NCBI GenBank assembly: GCA_963826535.1
Contig: CAWGXL010000002.1
Span: forward strand, 96,654 to 160,653
Source of the DNA: an uncultured bacterium
GTDB lineage: Bacteria > Patescibacteriota > Microgenomatia > Levybacterales > UBA12049
Length of the DNA stretch: 64,000 bases
Direction: 5' to 3'
The notes below the pieces were generated by a model, which ran no database searches, was not told the origin of the DNA, and worked only from the letters and a program-made list of their open reading frames with translations. Shown here piece by piece: positions 1 to 9,189 of this stretch; within the stretch, counting starts at the first letter, position 1, and each line of letters begins with the position of its first letter. Position numbers and translations under genes: made by a program.

Positions 1-1203
1 CGCGGCGTCATTGGTATGCAAGGTAGATAGTACTAAATGGCCGGTTAAAGCAGCGTTTACGGCAATACCGGCAGTCTCCGAATCACGAATTTCTCCAACA
101 AAAATTATATTTGGGTCCTGACGGAGAATAGATCGGAGCCCGCTGGCAAAAGTGAGATTGGCTTTGGGATTAGCTTGGATTTGATTTACGCCTTTCATGC
201 GATATTCAACCGGATCTTCAATTGTGGTGATATTTTTCTCACGGCTATTGATAATTTTTAGAATTGAATAGATTGAGGTCGTTTTCCCTGACCCCGTGGG
301 GCCTGTGGAGAGAACCATACCGAATGATTTTTTGAAACCATTGGTTACTTTTTTAAGATCTACTTCATTCATTCCCAAATCAACCAGTGAGAATTGTCTA
401 AAACGGGAAGCGAGTAACCGCATCACTATTTTTTCACCATACACAATTGGTAGAATTGATACGCGGATATCAAGCTCCTCTTCAGTGAGCTCGATTCTCA
501 TTTTCCCGTCTTGAGGCGCCATGTGCTCATCAGTACGCAAACTGGCTAAGACTTTAATTCTGGTCACAATCTGTTCATGTAATTTTTTTGGCAAAACTAA
601 CACATCATGAAGAATTCCATCTATTCTAAATCTCACAACCGTATGATCTTCCTGCGGCTCAATGTGAATATCCGAAGTTCTATCTTGATAACTATAATTA
701 ATAATAAGTTCAACTATTTTGGCAACAGGAGCTGATTTGTCTTTTAATAATGCATCGAAAGTTTTTTGCAGTTCGCGCCGATACATCCAAAGTTTATTAT
801 CAATATCTCTTTCAGTAGCATAATAGGCAAAGGCGCGTTGGTTTGTCTTGCGTGTGATCATTTCCAGTACCAAGCTGTCATAAGGATTAACCATTGCCAC
901 CCTTACGCCCTCTTTGTCTCTCAAAAAGGGGATTGCTAGACGGGAGCGGGCAATTCTCTCAGGAATAATCCGAAAGACATCTTCGGCAACTGTAATTTTA
1001 CTCAGAACAATAAATGGGATTTTAAGAGAATCGGCAACAAGCATGCCAAGGTTCTCATCAGTAACTATGTCCTTTTCAATTAACGCATCGCCAAAGCCAA
1101 TATTGGAATTTTTGGCAAACTCAGTTGTTTCATCCAATATTTTTTGGTCTATTAATTTTACACCAAGGAGCAATGATTTTATCTTGTCATCAGATATCAG
1201 CAT
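1..1203 (-). CDS. pilB: GspE/PilB-family type IV pilus/T2SS assembly ATPase, 3' end outside the window
   Basis: My minus-strand translation from ATG 1203 gives MLISDDKIKSLLL..., Walker A LSTGPTGSGKTT, TIEDPVEY, LRSILRQDP and AALTGHLVLSTLHTND. It is absent from the ORF track because it runs off the edge. Confidence 0.9.
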   Translation of the reverse strand, partial: MLISDDKIKSLLLGVKLIDQKILDETTEFAKNSNIGFGDALIEKDIVTDENLGMLVADSLKIPFIVLSKITVAEDVFRIIPERIARSRLAIPFLRDKEGVRVAMVNPYDSLVLEMITRKTNQRAFAYYATERDIDNKLWMYRRELQKTFDALLKDKSAPVAKIVELIINYSYQDRTSDIHIEPQEDHTVVRFRIDGILHDVLVLPKKLHEQIVTRIKVLASLRTDEHMAPQDGKMRIELTEEELDIRVSILPIVYGEKIVMRLLASRFRQFSLVDLGMNEVDLKKVTNGFKKSFGMVLSTGPTGSGKTTSIYSILKIINSREKNITTIEDPVEYRMKGVNQIQANPKANLTFASGLRSILRQDPNIIFVGEIRDSETAGIAVNAALTGHLVLSTLHTNDAA

Positions 1204-1234
1204 GTGCAGAGAGGTTTTCCCGATTTGATCGGGA

Positions 1235-1600
1235 TCACTTCTTACTTAATTGTAGAATCATTTTGAGTAGATTGTCAAAGTCGAAAAAACTTTTGTTCAC
1301 ATATCCCTTAGCACCTAATTGCTTCGCGCGGTCAACATCTTTTTGCTGGCCAAGCGTTGAGAATACTAATACTGGTATTTGACTCATGGCAGGATCCCGG
1401 CTTAGATCTTGAAGTAATTCAAACCCGTCCTTTTTCGGCATAATAAGGTCAAGTAGTATGAGTTCAGGCTTAAATTCGGGAATTATTTTTAACGCTTCTT
1501 CACCGTCACCGGCTTGTCCCACTTCTATATTTTTTCCTTTTAACTTGAACGCGTAAAACTCACGGAAAAATTTGTCATCTTCAACTAATAATACACGCAT
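1235..1600 (-). CDS. Single-domain response regulator (receiver)
   Basis: VLLVEDD, LILLDLIMPKKDG and a conserved K in YVNK. Confidence 0.92.
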   Translation of the reverse strand: MRVLLVEDDKFFREFYAFKLKGKNIEVGQAGDGEEALKIIPEFKPELILLDLIMPKKDGFELLQDLSRDPAMSQIPVLVFSTLGQQKDVDRAKQLGAKGYVNKSFFDFDNLLKMILQLSKK

Positions 1601-1605
1601 AAAAC

Positions 1606-1664
1606 AGCTTTCTGCTTTCAGCTTTTTGCTTTCAGACAGCTGACAGCTAAGAGCTGACAGCTAA
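1606..1664. repeat. Heptamer tandem repeats in two opposed blocks (AGCTTTC-type then AGCTGAC-type), able to form a hairpin
   Basis: agctttc tgctttc agctttt tgctttc agac agctgac agctaag agctgac agctaa fills the intergenic gap. Confidence 0.75.
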
Positions 1665-2054
1665 TTATCCTTTCGCTTGTTCTAATTCATTAATTCTATC
1701 GGTTAAGTCTAGTTCTTTTCCCTGTGTTTCTATTTCATTCATTGAATCCTGGAGCCTGGTAATATCGGATTGGATTTTGATCAGCACATCATGATTTACA
1801 TGTACATTTTCTTTTTCGTCCTTATTAAATAAATATTCAATTATCTCAGAAATCTTCGCGATATTATTATATCCCATGATTTGACTTTGGCTTTTTAACG
1901 AATGCGCGTCAATGTGGACTTGTTTTACAGCAATTTGGATCTGTTCTCCTTTCAGCAGGTAAGAGATGGATGCTTGCATATTTTCCAAATAATTTCTAGC
2001 TGTTTGTAAATATAATTTTTTATATTTTACAACATCTTCTTGTGATAATGCCAT
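1665..2054 (-). CDS. Stand-alone Hpt phosphotransfer protein
   Basis: Helical protein with HIDAHSLKSQSQIMGY (Hpt HxLKxxS motif). Confidence 0.85.
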   Translation of the reverse strand: MALSQEDVVKYKKLYLQTARNYLENMQASISYLLKGEQIQIAVKQVHIDAHSLKSQSQIMGYNNIAKISEIIEYLFNKDEKENVHVNHDVLIKIQSDITRLQDSMNEIETQGKELDLTDRINELEQAKG

Positions 2055-2188
2055 ACTTTTTAACCTCTTTAATAAACTATACTTTGATTTTCTTTTGTTG
2101 TCAATGAATTTATTGTAGGCGCGTGTTATATAATTTTAGACCGCTAATTAGAATAGGGAATGTGGTAGACTATAAATAATTATAGTGT

Positions 2189-2815
2189 ATGGCTTATTTA
2201 ATCCTTGTTCGGCATGGAGAATCGGAATGGAACGCTAAGTCTTTATGGACAGGATTAACTGATGTTGACCTAACAGAAAAAGGGCGGGAACAAGCCCGTA
2301 GCGCTGCCGGAATTCTTAAAGATATAAAAATAGATATTTGTTTTACTTCCGCATTAAAACGGGCAAAAGAAACTTGGGAGGAAATTCGTAAAATTATTAA
2401 TGCAACACATATTCCAACAATTGCAGACAGCGCATTAAACGAACGGGATTATGGCGATTTAACCGGAAAAAATAAATGGAATATTAAAGAGGAGTACGGC
2501 GAAGAGCAATTTCAAAAATGGCGCAGAGGTTGGAACTCTCCTCCTCCGAACGGGGAATCGCTGCGGAATGTATACGAACGCGTCACCCCTTATTACACCT
2601 CACGGATATTGCCCCAGCTTGAACAAGGGAAGAATGTCATTATAGTCGCCCACGGAAATAGTCTGCGCGCACTGGTCAAATATTTGGAAAAAATTCCTGA
2701 TAATGAAATATCCAAGCTTGAACTTAAATTAGGCGAGCCATATGTTTATGAGATAAATAAAACAGGAAAGATTGTTTCAAAAGACATCCGCTCTATTGGA
2801 TCTGACGCGGCTTAA
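2189..2815 (+). CDS. gpmA: 2,3-bisphosphoglycerate-dependent phosphoglycerate mutase
   Basis: LVRHGESEWN, LNERDYGDLTG, AHGNSLRAL. Confidence 0.95.
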   Translation: MAYLILVRHGESEWNAKSLWTGLTDVDLTEKGREQARSAAGILKDIKIDICFTSALKRAKETWEEIRKIINATHIPTIADSALNERDYGDLTGKNKWNIKEEYGEEQFQKWRRGWNSPPPNGESLRNVYERVTPYYTSRILPQLEQGKNVIIVAHGNSLRALVKYLEKIPDNEISKLELKLGEPYVYEINKTGKIVSKDIRSIGSDAA

Positions 2816-2822
2816 TAATAAC

Positions 2823-3425
2823 ATGTCAATTATAATTTCCGCTGATGAGATAAAGAAACTTCTTCCTAATTACTCTCCGGATAAAGCTGAAGCATTTCAT
2901 CGTGAATCAGCAAAACAAGCAGATAAGCTGTTTATAAAAGCAATAAAAGAGAGTAGTTATAAGGAAGTAATTTTGCTTAGCGGAGGGGCGGCATCGGGGA
3001 AAACGGAATTTTTAGCTACTCAGTTATTTAATAAAGATTGCATAATTATGGATACGACTTTATCTACGGAATTGGGTGCAAAGAACAAAATCAGGCAAAT
3101 TATTAAATCAGGGAAAATTCCTATTATTTATTCAGTAATTCCTGACGATTTAAAAAGAGCCTTTATTGCTTTTCTTAATAGAGATAGAAAGTTTAGCGAT
3201 AAGCATTTTTATAAAACTCATTCAGGTTCGAGAAAAACATTATTATGGATAGCAGCTAACTATCGGAAAATAGAAATTAATATTATTGAAAGTTCTTATA
3301 CTCCTAATGAGAAGTTACAATTTTCGAAAATAAAATTTGAGAATAGAAAGAAATTATTAACTTATTTAGCCAACAAACAATTGACGGAAGATGATATAAT
3401 TAGTAGCATAAGCTTTATAAGGTAG
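2823..3425 (+). CDS. Zeta-toxin-like P-loop kinase with rearranged motif order
   Basis: ISADEIKK, GGAASGKT and IIMDTTL motifs. Likely start is ATG 2823. Confidence 0.6.
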   Translation: MSIIISADEIKKLLPNYSPDKAEAFHRESAKQADKLFIKAIKESSYKEVILLSGGAASGKTEFLATQLFNKDCIIMDTTLSTELGAKNKIRQIIKSGKIPIIYSVIPDDLKRAFIAFLNRDRKFSDKHFYKTHSGSRKTLLWIAANYRKIEINIIESSYTPNEKLQFSKIKFENRKKLLTYLANKQLTEDDIISSISFIR

Positions 3426-3434
3426 TACTTAATT

Positions 3435-3698
3435 ATGCAAAAAATACTCTATAAAACAGATCAGAATAATCCGGCTATCCGCGCATATAGAGATGCTGTT
3501 GAGAAAGGTAAGAAAAATCAGCATGTGCTTGCTTATGGAGAAAAATGGGCTGTAGGAAATTTATCTTCTGGGAAAATAGATAATTTATTTAATAGTAAAA
3601 AAGAGGCTATAGAATTTGCTAAGTCAAATGCTGCTCATGGAACAGCGGTTTTTATTCATGCCGCCGATGGCCGCATAAAAGAGAGAAAAGATTATTAA
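3435..3698 (+). CDS. DUF2188-like small protein
   Basis: HV....KWAV...FNSKKEAIEFAK...VFIHAADGRIKERKDY pattern. Confidence 0.75.
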   Translation: MQKILYKTDQNNPAIRAYRDAVEKGKKNQHVLAYGEKWAVGNLSSGKIDNLFNSKKEAIEFAKSNAAHGTAVFIHAADGRIKERKDY

Positions 3699-3733
3699 AC
3701 TACAGTAATATTTTAAGCTGCTCAGAAAGAGAG

Positions 3734-4273
3734 GTGATTGAGATGAGATTGAAAGAAGCTTTTGAAAGATATGTTCCAGAGGCGGCTAAAAAATTTATTC
3801 CTCTCGAAGCAGAATCTTTAGGGCATTTCGCAGACCTAGTTAAAAGCGAAAATTGCACCAGAGTTCGTACTATACCAGTCATAAAAATAAAGTATTATAG
3901 TCCTAGTTCAAGAAGAGCTATTCCCCTTGCAGAATACGAATTCTCAACAAGATATGCTTCAAAAACACGGGAACATAGACAAATTGTATTTAATGAGCCA
4001 CACACGCAGGGTAATTGTTATTTATATAATGGTGAGGATAAAGATAAATTTAGAAGGGCAGCGGAATTAAGGGGCCTTGTGACTGCTGAGGCTCGATTAG
4101 GAGAACTACATCATAGCCTAATTGTTGAACGAAATTATGGTGTGCGGACAGAAGGACCAACAAAACATTGGCATTTCAATGATAGAATCCAATTTCAAGT
4201 TGAAGTAGCAAGGCATGATATAAAGCCATACCCTAAATTAGTCCCTAAAAGCGATCTTAATCGCGCAGGTTAA
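3734..4273 (+). CDS. Hypothetical protein
   Basis: 179-aa ORF with no recognised motif. Confidence 0.55.
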   Translation: MIEMRLKEAFERYVPEAAKKFIPLEAESLGHFADLVKSENCTRVRTIPVIKIKYYSPSSRRAIPLAEYEFSTRYASKTREHRQIVFNEPHTQGNCYLYNGEDKDKFRRAAELRGLVTAEARLGELHHSLIVERNYGVRTEGPTKHWHFNDRIQFQVEVARHDIKPYPKLVPKSDLNRAG

Positions 4274-4982
4274 ACAGCAGAACAAACTCCCCTTTGGGAG
4301 CTATCTTTTGAAAATGCCTGAGCGCTTCTGAAATTTTTTCCCTGCGTATTTCTTCATGGACTTTAGTTAATTCCCGGCATAGAACTATTTGAATATCTCC
4401 TGTTTCCTTTTTTAATTCATCAAGCGTCGTAATTAATTTATGCGGAGCTACAAAGAGGATAACCGTTGATCTTATAAAGTCTTGTGATTTTTTAATGTTT
4501 TCAAAAAATTTCTGGCGGTGGCCTGATTTATGCGGAGGATAACCAAGAAATAGAAATTTATCCGTAGGTAATCCGGATAAAGCCAAGGCTGTTATTATTG
4601 CTGATGGGCCAGGAATTGCTTCGATTTTTATTCCCATGCGAATACATTCACGTATGAGTTTGAAACCTGGGTCAGAAATAGCAGGCGTACCCGCATCCGT
4701 CGCAAGCGCAATTTTTTGACCTTTTTGCAAAAGTGATAAAATTTCCGGGATCCGGCGTAATTCAATTTGCTCATAATAGGAGAGTAAGTGGGGTTTATGA
4801 CTTTTTGCACTGCCATTGCGAATCAAATCATGGTATGGCACACTCATCGTATCCAATAAAATACCTGTTCTTCGCGTATCTTCGCAAGCAATAACATCCA
4901 CTTCAAATAAAACTTTAATAGCTCGCAACGTAATGTCCTGCAAATTGCCAATCGGCGTTGATACAATATAAAGCGTCCCCAT
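4257..4982 (-). CDS. rsmI: 16S rRNA (cytidine1402-2'-O)-methyltransferase
   Basis: LYIVSTPIGNLQDITLRA, ACEDTR, DAGTPAISDPG, RELTKVHEE. Confidence 0.96.
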   Translation of the reverse strand: MGTLYIVSTPIGNLQDITLRAIKVLFEVDVIACEDTRRTGILLDTMSVPYHDLIRNGSAKSHKPHLLSYYEQIELRRIPEILSLLQKGQKIALATDAGTPAISDPGFKLIRECIRMGIKIEAIPGPSAIITALALSGLPTDKFLFLGYPPHKSGHRQKFFENIKKSQDFIRSTVILFVAPHKLITTLDELKKETGDIQIVLCRELTKVHEEIRREKISEALRHFQKIAPKGEFVLLFNLRD

Positions 4983-5003
4983 TCGGTGTATTATACATGA
5001 TTT

Positions 5004-5630
5004 TCAAAACTTTCTGACCAGGGCGACGACTTTCCCCTGGATGCGGATGCTTTTGGGGTAGATGGGTTCCATTTGTGAGTTGGCAGGTCTTAGGACGACA
5101 ACACCATCCTGAAGATAAAATTTCTTTAGAGTCGCCAGGTTATCATCCACCAGCGCGACAACTATTTCACCGTTTTTGGCTTGCTGCGCGCGTTCAATAA
5201 TAACGTAATCTCCATCCAGAATGCCGTCATCGATCATTGATTCTCCCTTTACTTGTAAAGCATAAGCTGTTTTTGTGCCGGTTATCATAGCGGCGGATAT
5301 TTGAAATGAAGCATTGGGGTCAACATGCGGCTCCAGGGGTTTGCCGGCCGCAATATAGCCCATAAGCGGCAGTTCAATCGAGGGCTCAACTCCCAAAAAA
5401 GTATGTAAGATATTTTCGTCCTTTATCTTTAAAACGCGCGCGTTTCCCTCTACCTTTTGCACATATCCCTTATCAACAAGACTTCGGATAATGACGTGAA
5501 TTGTCGAGACACTTCGGTGGCCTGTAGCTCTTGCTATTTCAACCAATGTTGGAGAATATGCATGTTTGTTTTGAAACTGCGCGAGGAATTCTAATACTTG
5601 TCTTTCTTTTTTATATAAAACTCCAGGCAT
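5004..5630 (-). CDS. lexA: SOS repressor LexA
   Basis: N-terminal wHTH (YSPTLVEIA), IAAG cleavage site, VKGESM serine, TLKK lysine. Confidence 0.95.
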   Translation of the reverse strand: MPGVLYKKERQVLEFLAQFQNKHAYSPTLVEIARATGHRSVSTIHVIIRSLVDKGYVQKVEGNARVLKIKDENILHTFLGVEPSIELPLMGYIAAGKPLEPHVDPNASFQISAAMITGTKTAYALQVKGESMIDDGILDGDYVIIERAQQAKNGEIVVALVDDNLATLKKFYLQDGVVVLRPANSQMEPIYPKSIRIQGKVVALVRKF

Positions 5631-5638
5631 TATAAAAA

Positions 5639-5667
5639 AATATACGATATTCGTATAATTTTGTCAA
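5639..5667 (-). promoter_or_regulatory. lexA sigma70 promoter with palindromic operator TATACGA-N3-TCGTATA (5641-5657)
   Basis: Minus strand reads TTGACA (5667-5662), 17 nt, TATATT, 8 nt, ATG. A perfect 7-bp inverted repeat overlaps the spacer and -10. Confidence 0.8.
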
Positions 5668-5791
5668 GTAGACTTAAGTGTACAAACAATATCATCTTTA
5701 GAAGTAGGTTGCTTTGTTTACTATAGTGTGATATTGTGCAAATAGTAAAAGCCCAGAACCTGCCTAACAATCGTGCCAGTCATTAAAAAAC

Positions 5792-7285
5792 ATGACTAAA
5801 CATAGGAAAGGCACAGATACATTTAAAAGGTTAATTACTCAAATCAGTAAGCCTTTATTAAGGTCAGAAATACTTTTCCCTGAATTATCCCGAGCCTCGC
5901 CTGCTCCAATTCTCATAGCTGATACCCGGACAAGAATATATTATGTTAACCCTGCATGGGAAAAGCTTTCCGGCTACAGTTTTAAAGAAGTTAAAGGTAA
6001 AAACCCTAAGTTCCTGCAAAGTGGTAAGACACCAAAACGGGTATTTAAAAAACTCTGGCAAGCACTTACGAAAGGGGAGTCTTTTACAACCGAAGAAATA
6101 ATAGACAGGCGGAAAGATGGCACAGAATATCAGTCCTACTCGATTTATTTTCCAATAAAAAGAAATGACAAAATAATGTATTATGTTCAGTTGCAGCATG
6201 ATATCACTGAACGTATGCGCCTCCTAAAGATAATTCATGAGAAGGAAGAAATGCTTCGCCTTATTATCGATAATGCGGTGGGCTACGCAATGTTCATGCT
6301 TGATAAACGAGGCAATATAGAGAGCTGGAATACAGGGGCAGAGCGATTGATTGGATATACGGGAAGGGAGGTTATAGGTAAGTATTTTTCTATGTTTTAC
6401 GCAAGAGATGATGTTACAAAGAGAAAACCCTGGAAACTACTGGCAAAAGTAGTTAAGAAGGGGCTCTTTGAGGAAGAGTTTTTGCAAGTCAAAAAAAACG
6501 GCACAAACTTTTGGGCGCATATAACCCTCTCTGCCGTAATGAGCAAAAGAGGAGCGTTAAAAGGATTTGTCCAAATTACCCGCAATATCTCAGCAGAAAG
6601 AGAGCTTGATCGGCAAAAAGACGCATTTATCGGTATTGCCTCTCATGAGTTAAAAACACCCATTACTACACTGAGCGCATATACTCAAATTCTGGAAAAA
6701 CGATTAAAAGATGATAAGAAAAATTCGTACTTCCTTTCAAATATTAAGGCGCAAACAGATAGGCTCGTGAGTCTTATCGATGATCTGTTAAATGTGAGTA
6801 GAATTGATTCAGGAAAACTAGATTTAAATTTAAAAAAATTTGACCTTAACACTCTAATCAAAAAAGTAGTTGTAGATTTCCAATACACAACGGATACTCA
6901 TATAATTACAGAAGAGGGAATCTTGGAAAATAAAGTAATTGGAGATGAGGTTCTTCTTGAACAAGTAATTATTAATTTACTTACAAATGCAATAAAATAC
7001 TCACCAATTGCAAACAAGGTTACCATCCACCTTTCAGCCAACCATAACCAGGCAATAGTCGCCGTGCAGGATTTTGGCATAGGAATTTCAAAAAAAGATA
7101 TTTCAAAAGTATTTGAGAGGTTTTATAGAATAAGAGATAAAGAAAAAGGGAGAGTCTTAGGGTTTGGGCTTGGACTGTATATTTCCTCAGAAATCATTAA
7201 AAAGCACCGAGGTAAAATTTGGGTTGAAAGCGAGAAAGGGAAAGGTAGCATCTTCTACTTCTCATTACCATTAGGGAAAAAATAA
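5792..7285 (+). CDS. Cytoplasmic dual-PAS sensor histidine kinase
   Basis: Two PAS/PAC repeats, H-box ASHELKTP, N-box NLLTNAIKYS, G-boxes DFGIGI and GLGLYI. Confidence 0.93.
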   Translation: MTKHRKGTDTFKRLITQISKPLLRSEILFPELSRASPAPILIADTRTRIYYVNPAWEKLSGYSFKEVKGKNPKFLQSGKTPKRVFKKLWQALTKGESFTTEEIIDRRKDGTEYQSYSIYFPIKRNDKIMYYVQLQHDITERMRLLKIIHEKEEMLRLIIDNAVGYAMFMLDKRGNIESWNTGAERLIGYTGREVIGKYFSMFYARDDVTKRKPWKLLAKVVKKGLFEEEFLQVKKNGTNFWAHITLSAVMSKRGALKGFVQITRNISAERELDRQKDAFIGIASHELKTPITTLSAYTQILEKRLKDDKKNSYFLSNIKAQTDRLVSLIDDLLNVSRIDSGKLDLNLKKFDLNTLIKKVVVDFQYTTDTHIITEEGILENKVIGDEVLLEQVIINLLTNAIKYSPIANKVTIHLSANHNQAIVAVQDFGIGISKKDISKVFERFYRIRDKEKGRVLGFGLGLYISSEIIKKHRGKIWVESEKGKGSIFYFSLPLGKK

Positions 7286-7287
7286 AC

Positions 7288-7322
7288 TTGACAAACGGCG
7301 TACAGTAGTGTACATTCATATT
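7288..7322 (+). promoter_or_regulatory. Toxin-antitoxin promoter with palindromic operator GTACA-N4-TGTAC
   Basis: TTGACA (7288), 17 nt, TACATT, 6 nt, ATG 7323. The palindrome spans 7300-7313. Confidence 0.75.
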
Positions 7323-7598
7323 ATGAACAATGCTTCACTTACTGCGACTGAATTTCGTAATCGTTTGTTTGAAATCTTGAATTACACAATTAAAGGCAGC
7401 GAATTTGTTATCGAAAAAGATGGCAGACCTGCTGCCAGACTGGTTCCCTATGTGCCTAAGTCTTCATCTATGAAAGTTAAAAACATATTGAAGAATTTTA
7501 AAATTGTCTTTTCCAAAGTTGGTCAGAAAAAAGGCTGGTCGGTTTTGGAGAGTCCAGGATGGAAAGAAAAAGAAAAAAAATACCTTAAAAGTTTCTGA
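7323..7598 (+). CDS. Phd/YefM-family antitoxin
   Basis: LTATEFRNRLFEILN...EFVIEKDGRPAARLVP. Its stop overlaps the PIN gene start. Confidence 0.85.
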   Translation: MNNASLTATEFRNRLFEILNYTIKGSEFVIEKDGRPAARLVPYVPKSSSMKVKNILKNFKIVFSKVGQKKGWSVLESPGWKEKEKKYLKSF

Positions 7599-8011
7599 TG
7601 AAAAGAATAGTAATCGATACGAATATCCTAATTGACTATTCGAAAGGATTTGCTACTTGGCCCGAAGATTTACTTATCGCAAAAAAAAGAACCACAGATC
7701 TTATTATTCCAACCATTGTTATATCAGAATATTTCGCCTCAAGTTTTCTGGAAGAACCCAAGTTGAGGAAAGCAGCCGATGACTTATTTAGCCTCTTTCA
7801 TAAGGTTGATTTTAATGAAGAAATTGCCAAAATTCTCGCAAAAATCTTGCGCAGAAAAACATTTCCCAAAAGCGCAAGCCTTGCAGATCTTATAATTGCC
7901 TCTACAGCGATTTATTTGGACGCAGAGCTTGCTACTAGAAATAAATCCGATTTTACAAAAATCCCGTCCCTCCGCATTTTTGAAGTAAAAGAGAAGAAGA
8001 GTAGAAAATGA
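7598..8011 (+). CDS. PIN-domain (VapC) toxin
   Basis: IVIDTNILID, ADLIIASTA, LATRNKSDF. Confidence 0.9.
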   Translation: MKRIVIDTNILIDYSKGFATWPEDLLIAKKRTTDLIIPTIVISEYFASSFLEEPKLRKAADDLFSLFHKVDFNEEIAKILAKILRRKTFPKSASLADLIIASTAIYLDAELATRNKSDFTKIPSLRIFEVKEKKSRK

Positions 8012-8192
8012 AACCACACAAATCATCTCAAAGGTGAATCAGAAAGGACTCTAAGCCGGGCTTGATGCGGTCAACCCCCGTCCCAAGTGAGGAACACCAT
8101 AAAAGTAGTCCAAAGAGGTTATCAGATTTCAGCTATATCAACTACAAGCCTACATTCTTTTATTCCGGAATGTTAGAATATAAACAGCAATT

Positions 8193-8942
8193 ATGATAAC
8201 GACCAAAAATTTGCATTGGAAGGTTAATAAGGAATTAGCGAAGAAGTACTCAATTCCTCTGGATAGACAATTATACTGTGACACACCTCTTTTAAATGCT
8301 CTGGGTAATGTTAAAGGCAGAACTATTATAGATATTGGCTGTGGTAACGGTGGTCTTACTCGAGCTATAGCTGATAAGGGAGCTCTTGTTACAGGTGTGG
8401 ATACCTCGGAAAAAATGCTAAAGCAGGCAAAACAGTTAAATCAAGACCTGAGTAATCTGCATTTTCAAGTTGGCGCAGCTGAGCAACTGCCATTTAATGA
8501 CAGTGAATTTGATAATGCTGTTTGCAGTATGACTGTTAATACATTTTCCAACAGAGATATGGTTGAGGGAATGTTCAAAGAAGCATCTCGAGTCACTAAA
8601 TCAAATGCAAAGGTAATAATTTCACTTCCGCATCCGTTTACTCTCGATCAAAGAACAAAGTTTCGTTGGACAGAATGGGCATTAGGCCAAACCCAACAAA
8701 ATCTTAAACCAGGTGACGCTGTTAAACGTAAGATTATGGGAAGAAATGGTGAAATGATTTCTGTTGTAAATTATTACTGGCCACCTGATTTTTTAAGTGT
8801 TATTGCAAATAAAAACAATCTTCCCCTGAAAGAAACCCTTGAATCATTAGCTAGTGAGGAGGAATTACACAAATACCCGGAACTAGATCCAGCATTAAAA
8901 GAAACTCCATTCTTCTTAGTTATGTCTTTTAGCAAAAAGTAA
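8193..8942 (+). CDS. Class I SAM-dependent methyltransferase
   Basis: IIDIGCGNG, GVDTSEKML, AEQLPFNDSEFD. Confidence 0.88.
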   Translation: MITTKNLHWKVNKELAKKYSIPLDRQLYCDTPLLNALGNVKGRTIIDIGCGNGGLTRAIADKGALVTGVDTSEKMLKQAKQLNQDLSNLHFQVGAAEQLPFNDSEFDNAVCSMTVNTFSNRDMVEGMFKEASRVTKSNAKVIISLPHPFTLDQRTKFRWTEWALGQTQQNLKPGDAVKRKIMGRNGEMISVVNYYWPPDFLSVIANKNNLPLKETLESLASEEELHKYPELDPALKETPFFLVMSFSKK

Positions 8943-8963
8943 TATATTTACTGCTGAGCTGAG

Positions 8964-9035
8964 TGAGCCTGGAGGGATTTGAACCCCCAACCCATTCCTT
9001 AAGAGGGAATTGCTCTACCATTGAGCTACAGGCCC
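8964..9035 (-). tRNA. tRNA-Lys(CTT), CCA not encoded
   Basis: Reverse complement GGGCCTGTAGCTCAATGGTAGAGCA-ATTCC-CTCTTAA-GGAAT-GGGTTGGGGGTTCAAATCCCTCCAGGCTCA. Confidence 0.95.
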
Positions 9036-9189
9036 GGATTGGCTATATGATTTTACTTATTAGCTAATCTATAAGAACTTTCCTATTGTAACAAACTTCA
9101 CTAAATATTTCACTCAATATTTAAGCTATAACAAGGTTATTGATTATGCTCAGTAAAAGATATACTATTTTTATAGTAGTTATTTTTTT

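Noticed and set aside
8030-8115. SAM or other riboswitch upstream of the methyltransferase
   Set aside because: It is a GC-rich patch, but I could not find the conserved core of any riboswitch I recognise, and a separate -10 lies closer to the gene.
7288-9035. Integrated element at tRNA-Lys carrying the TA pair and methyltransferase
   Set aside because: No duplicated tRNA 3' end or integrase is visible.
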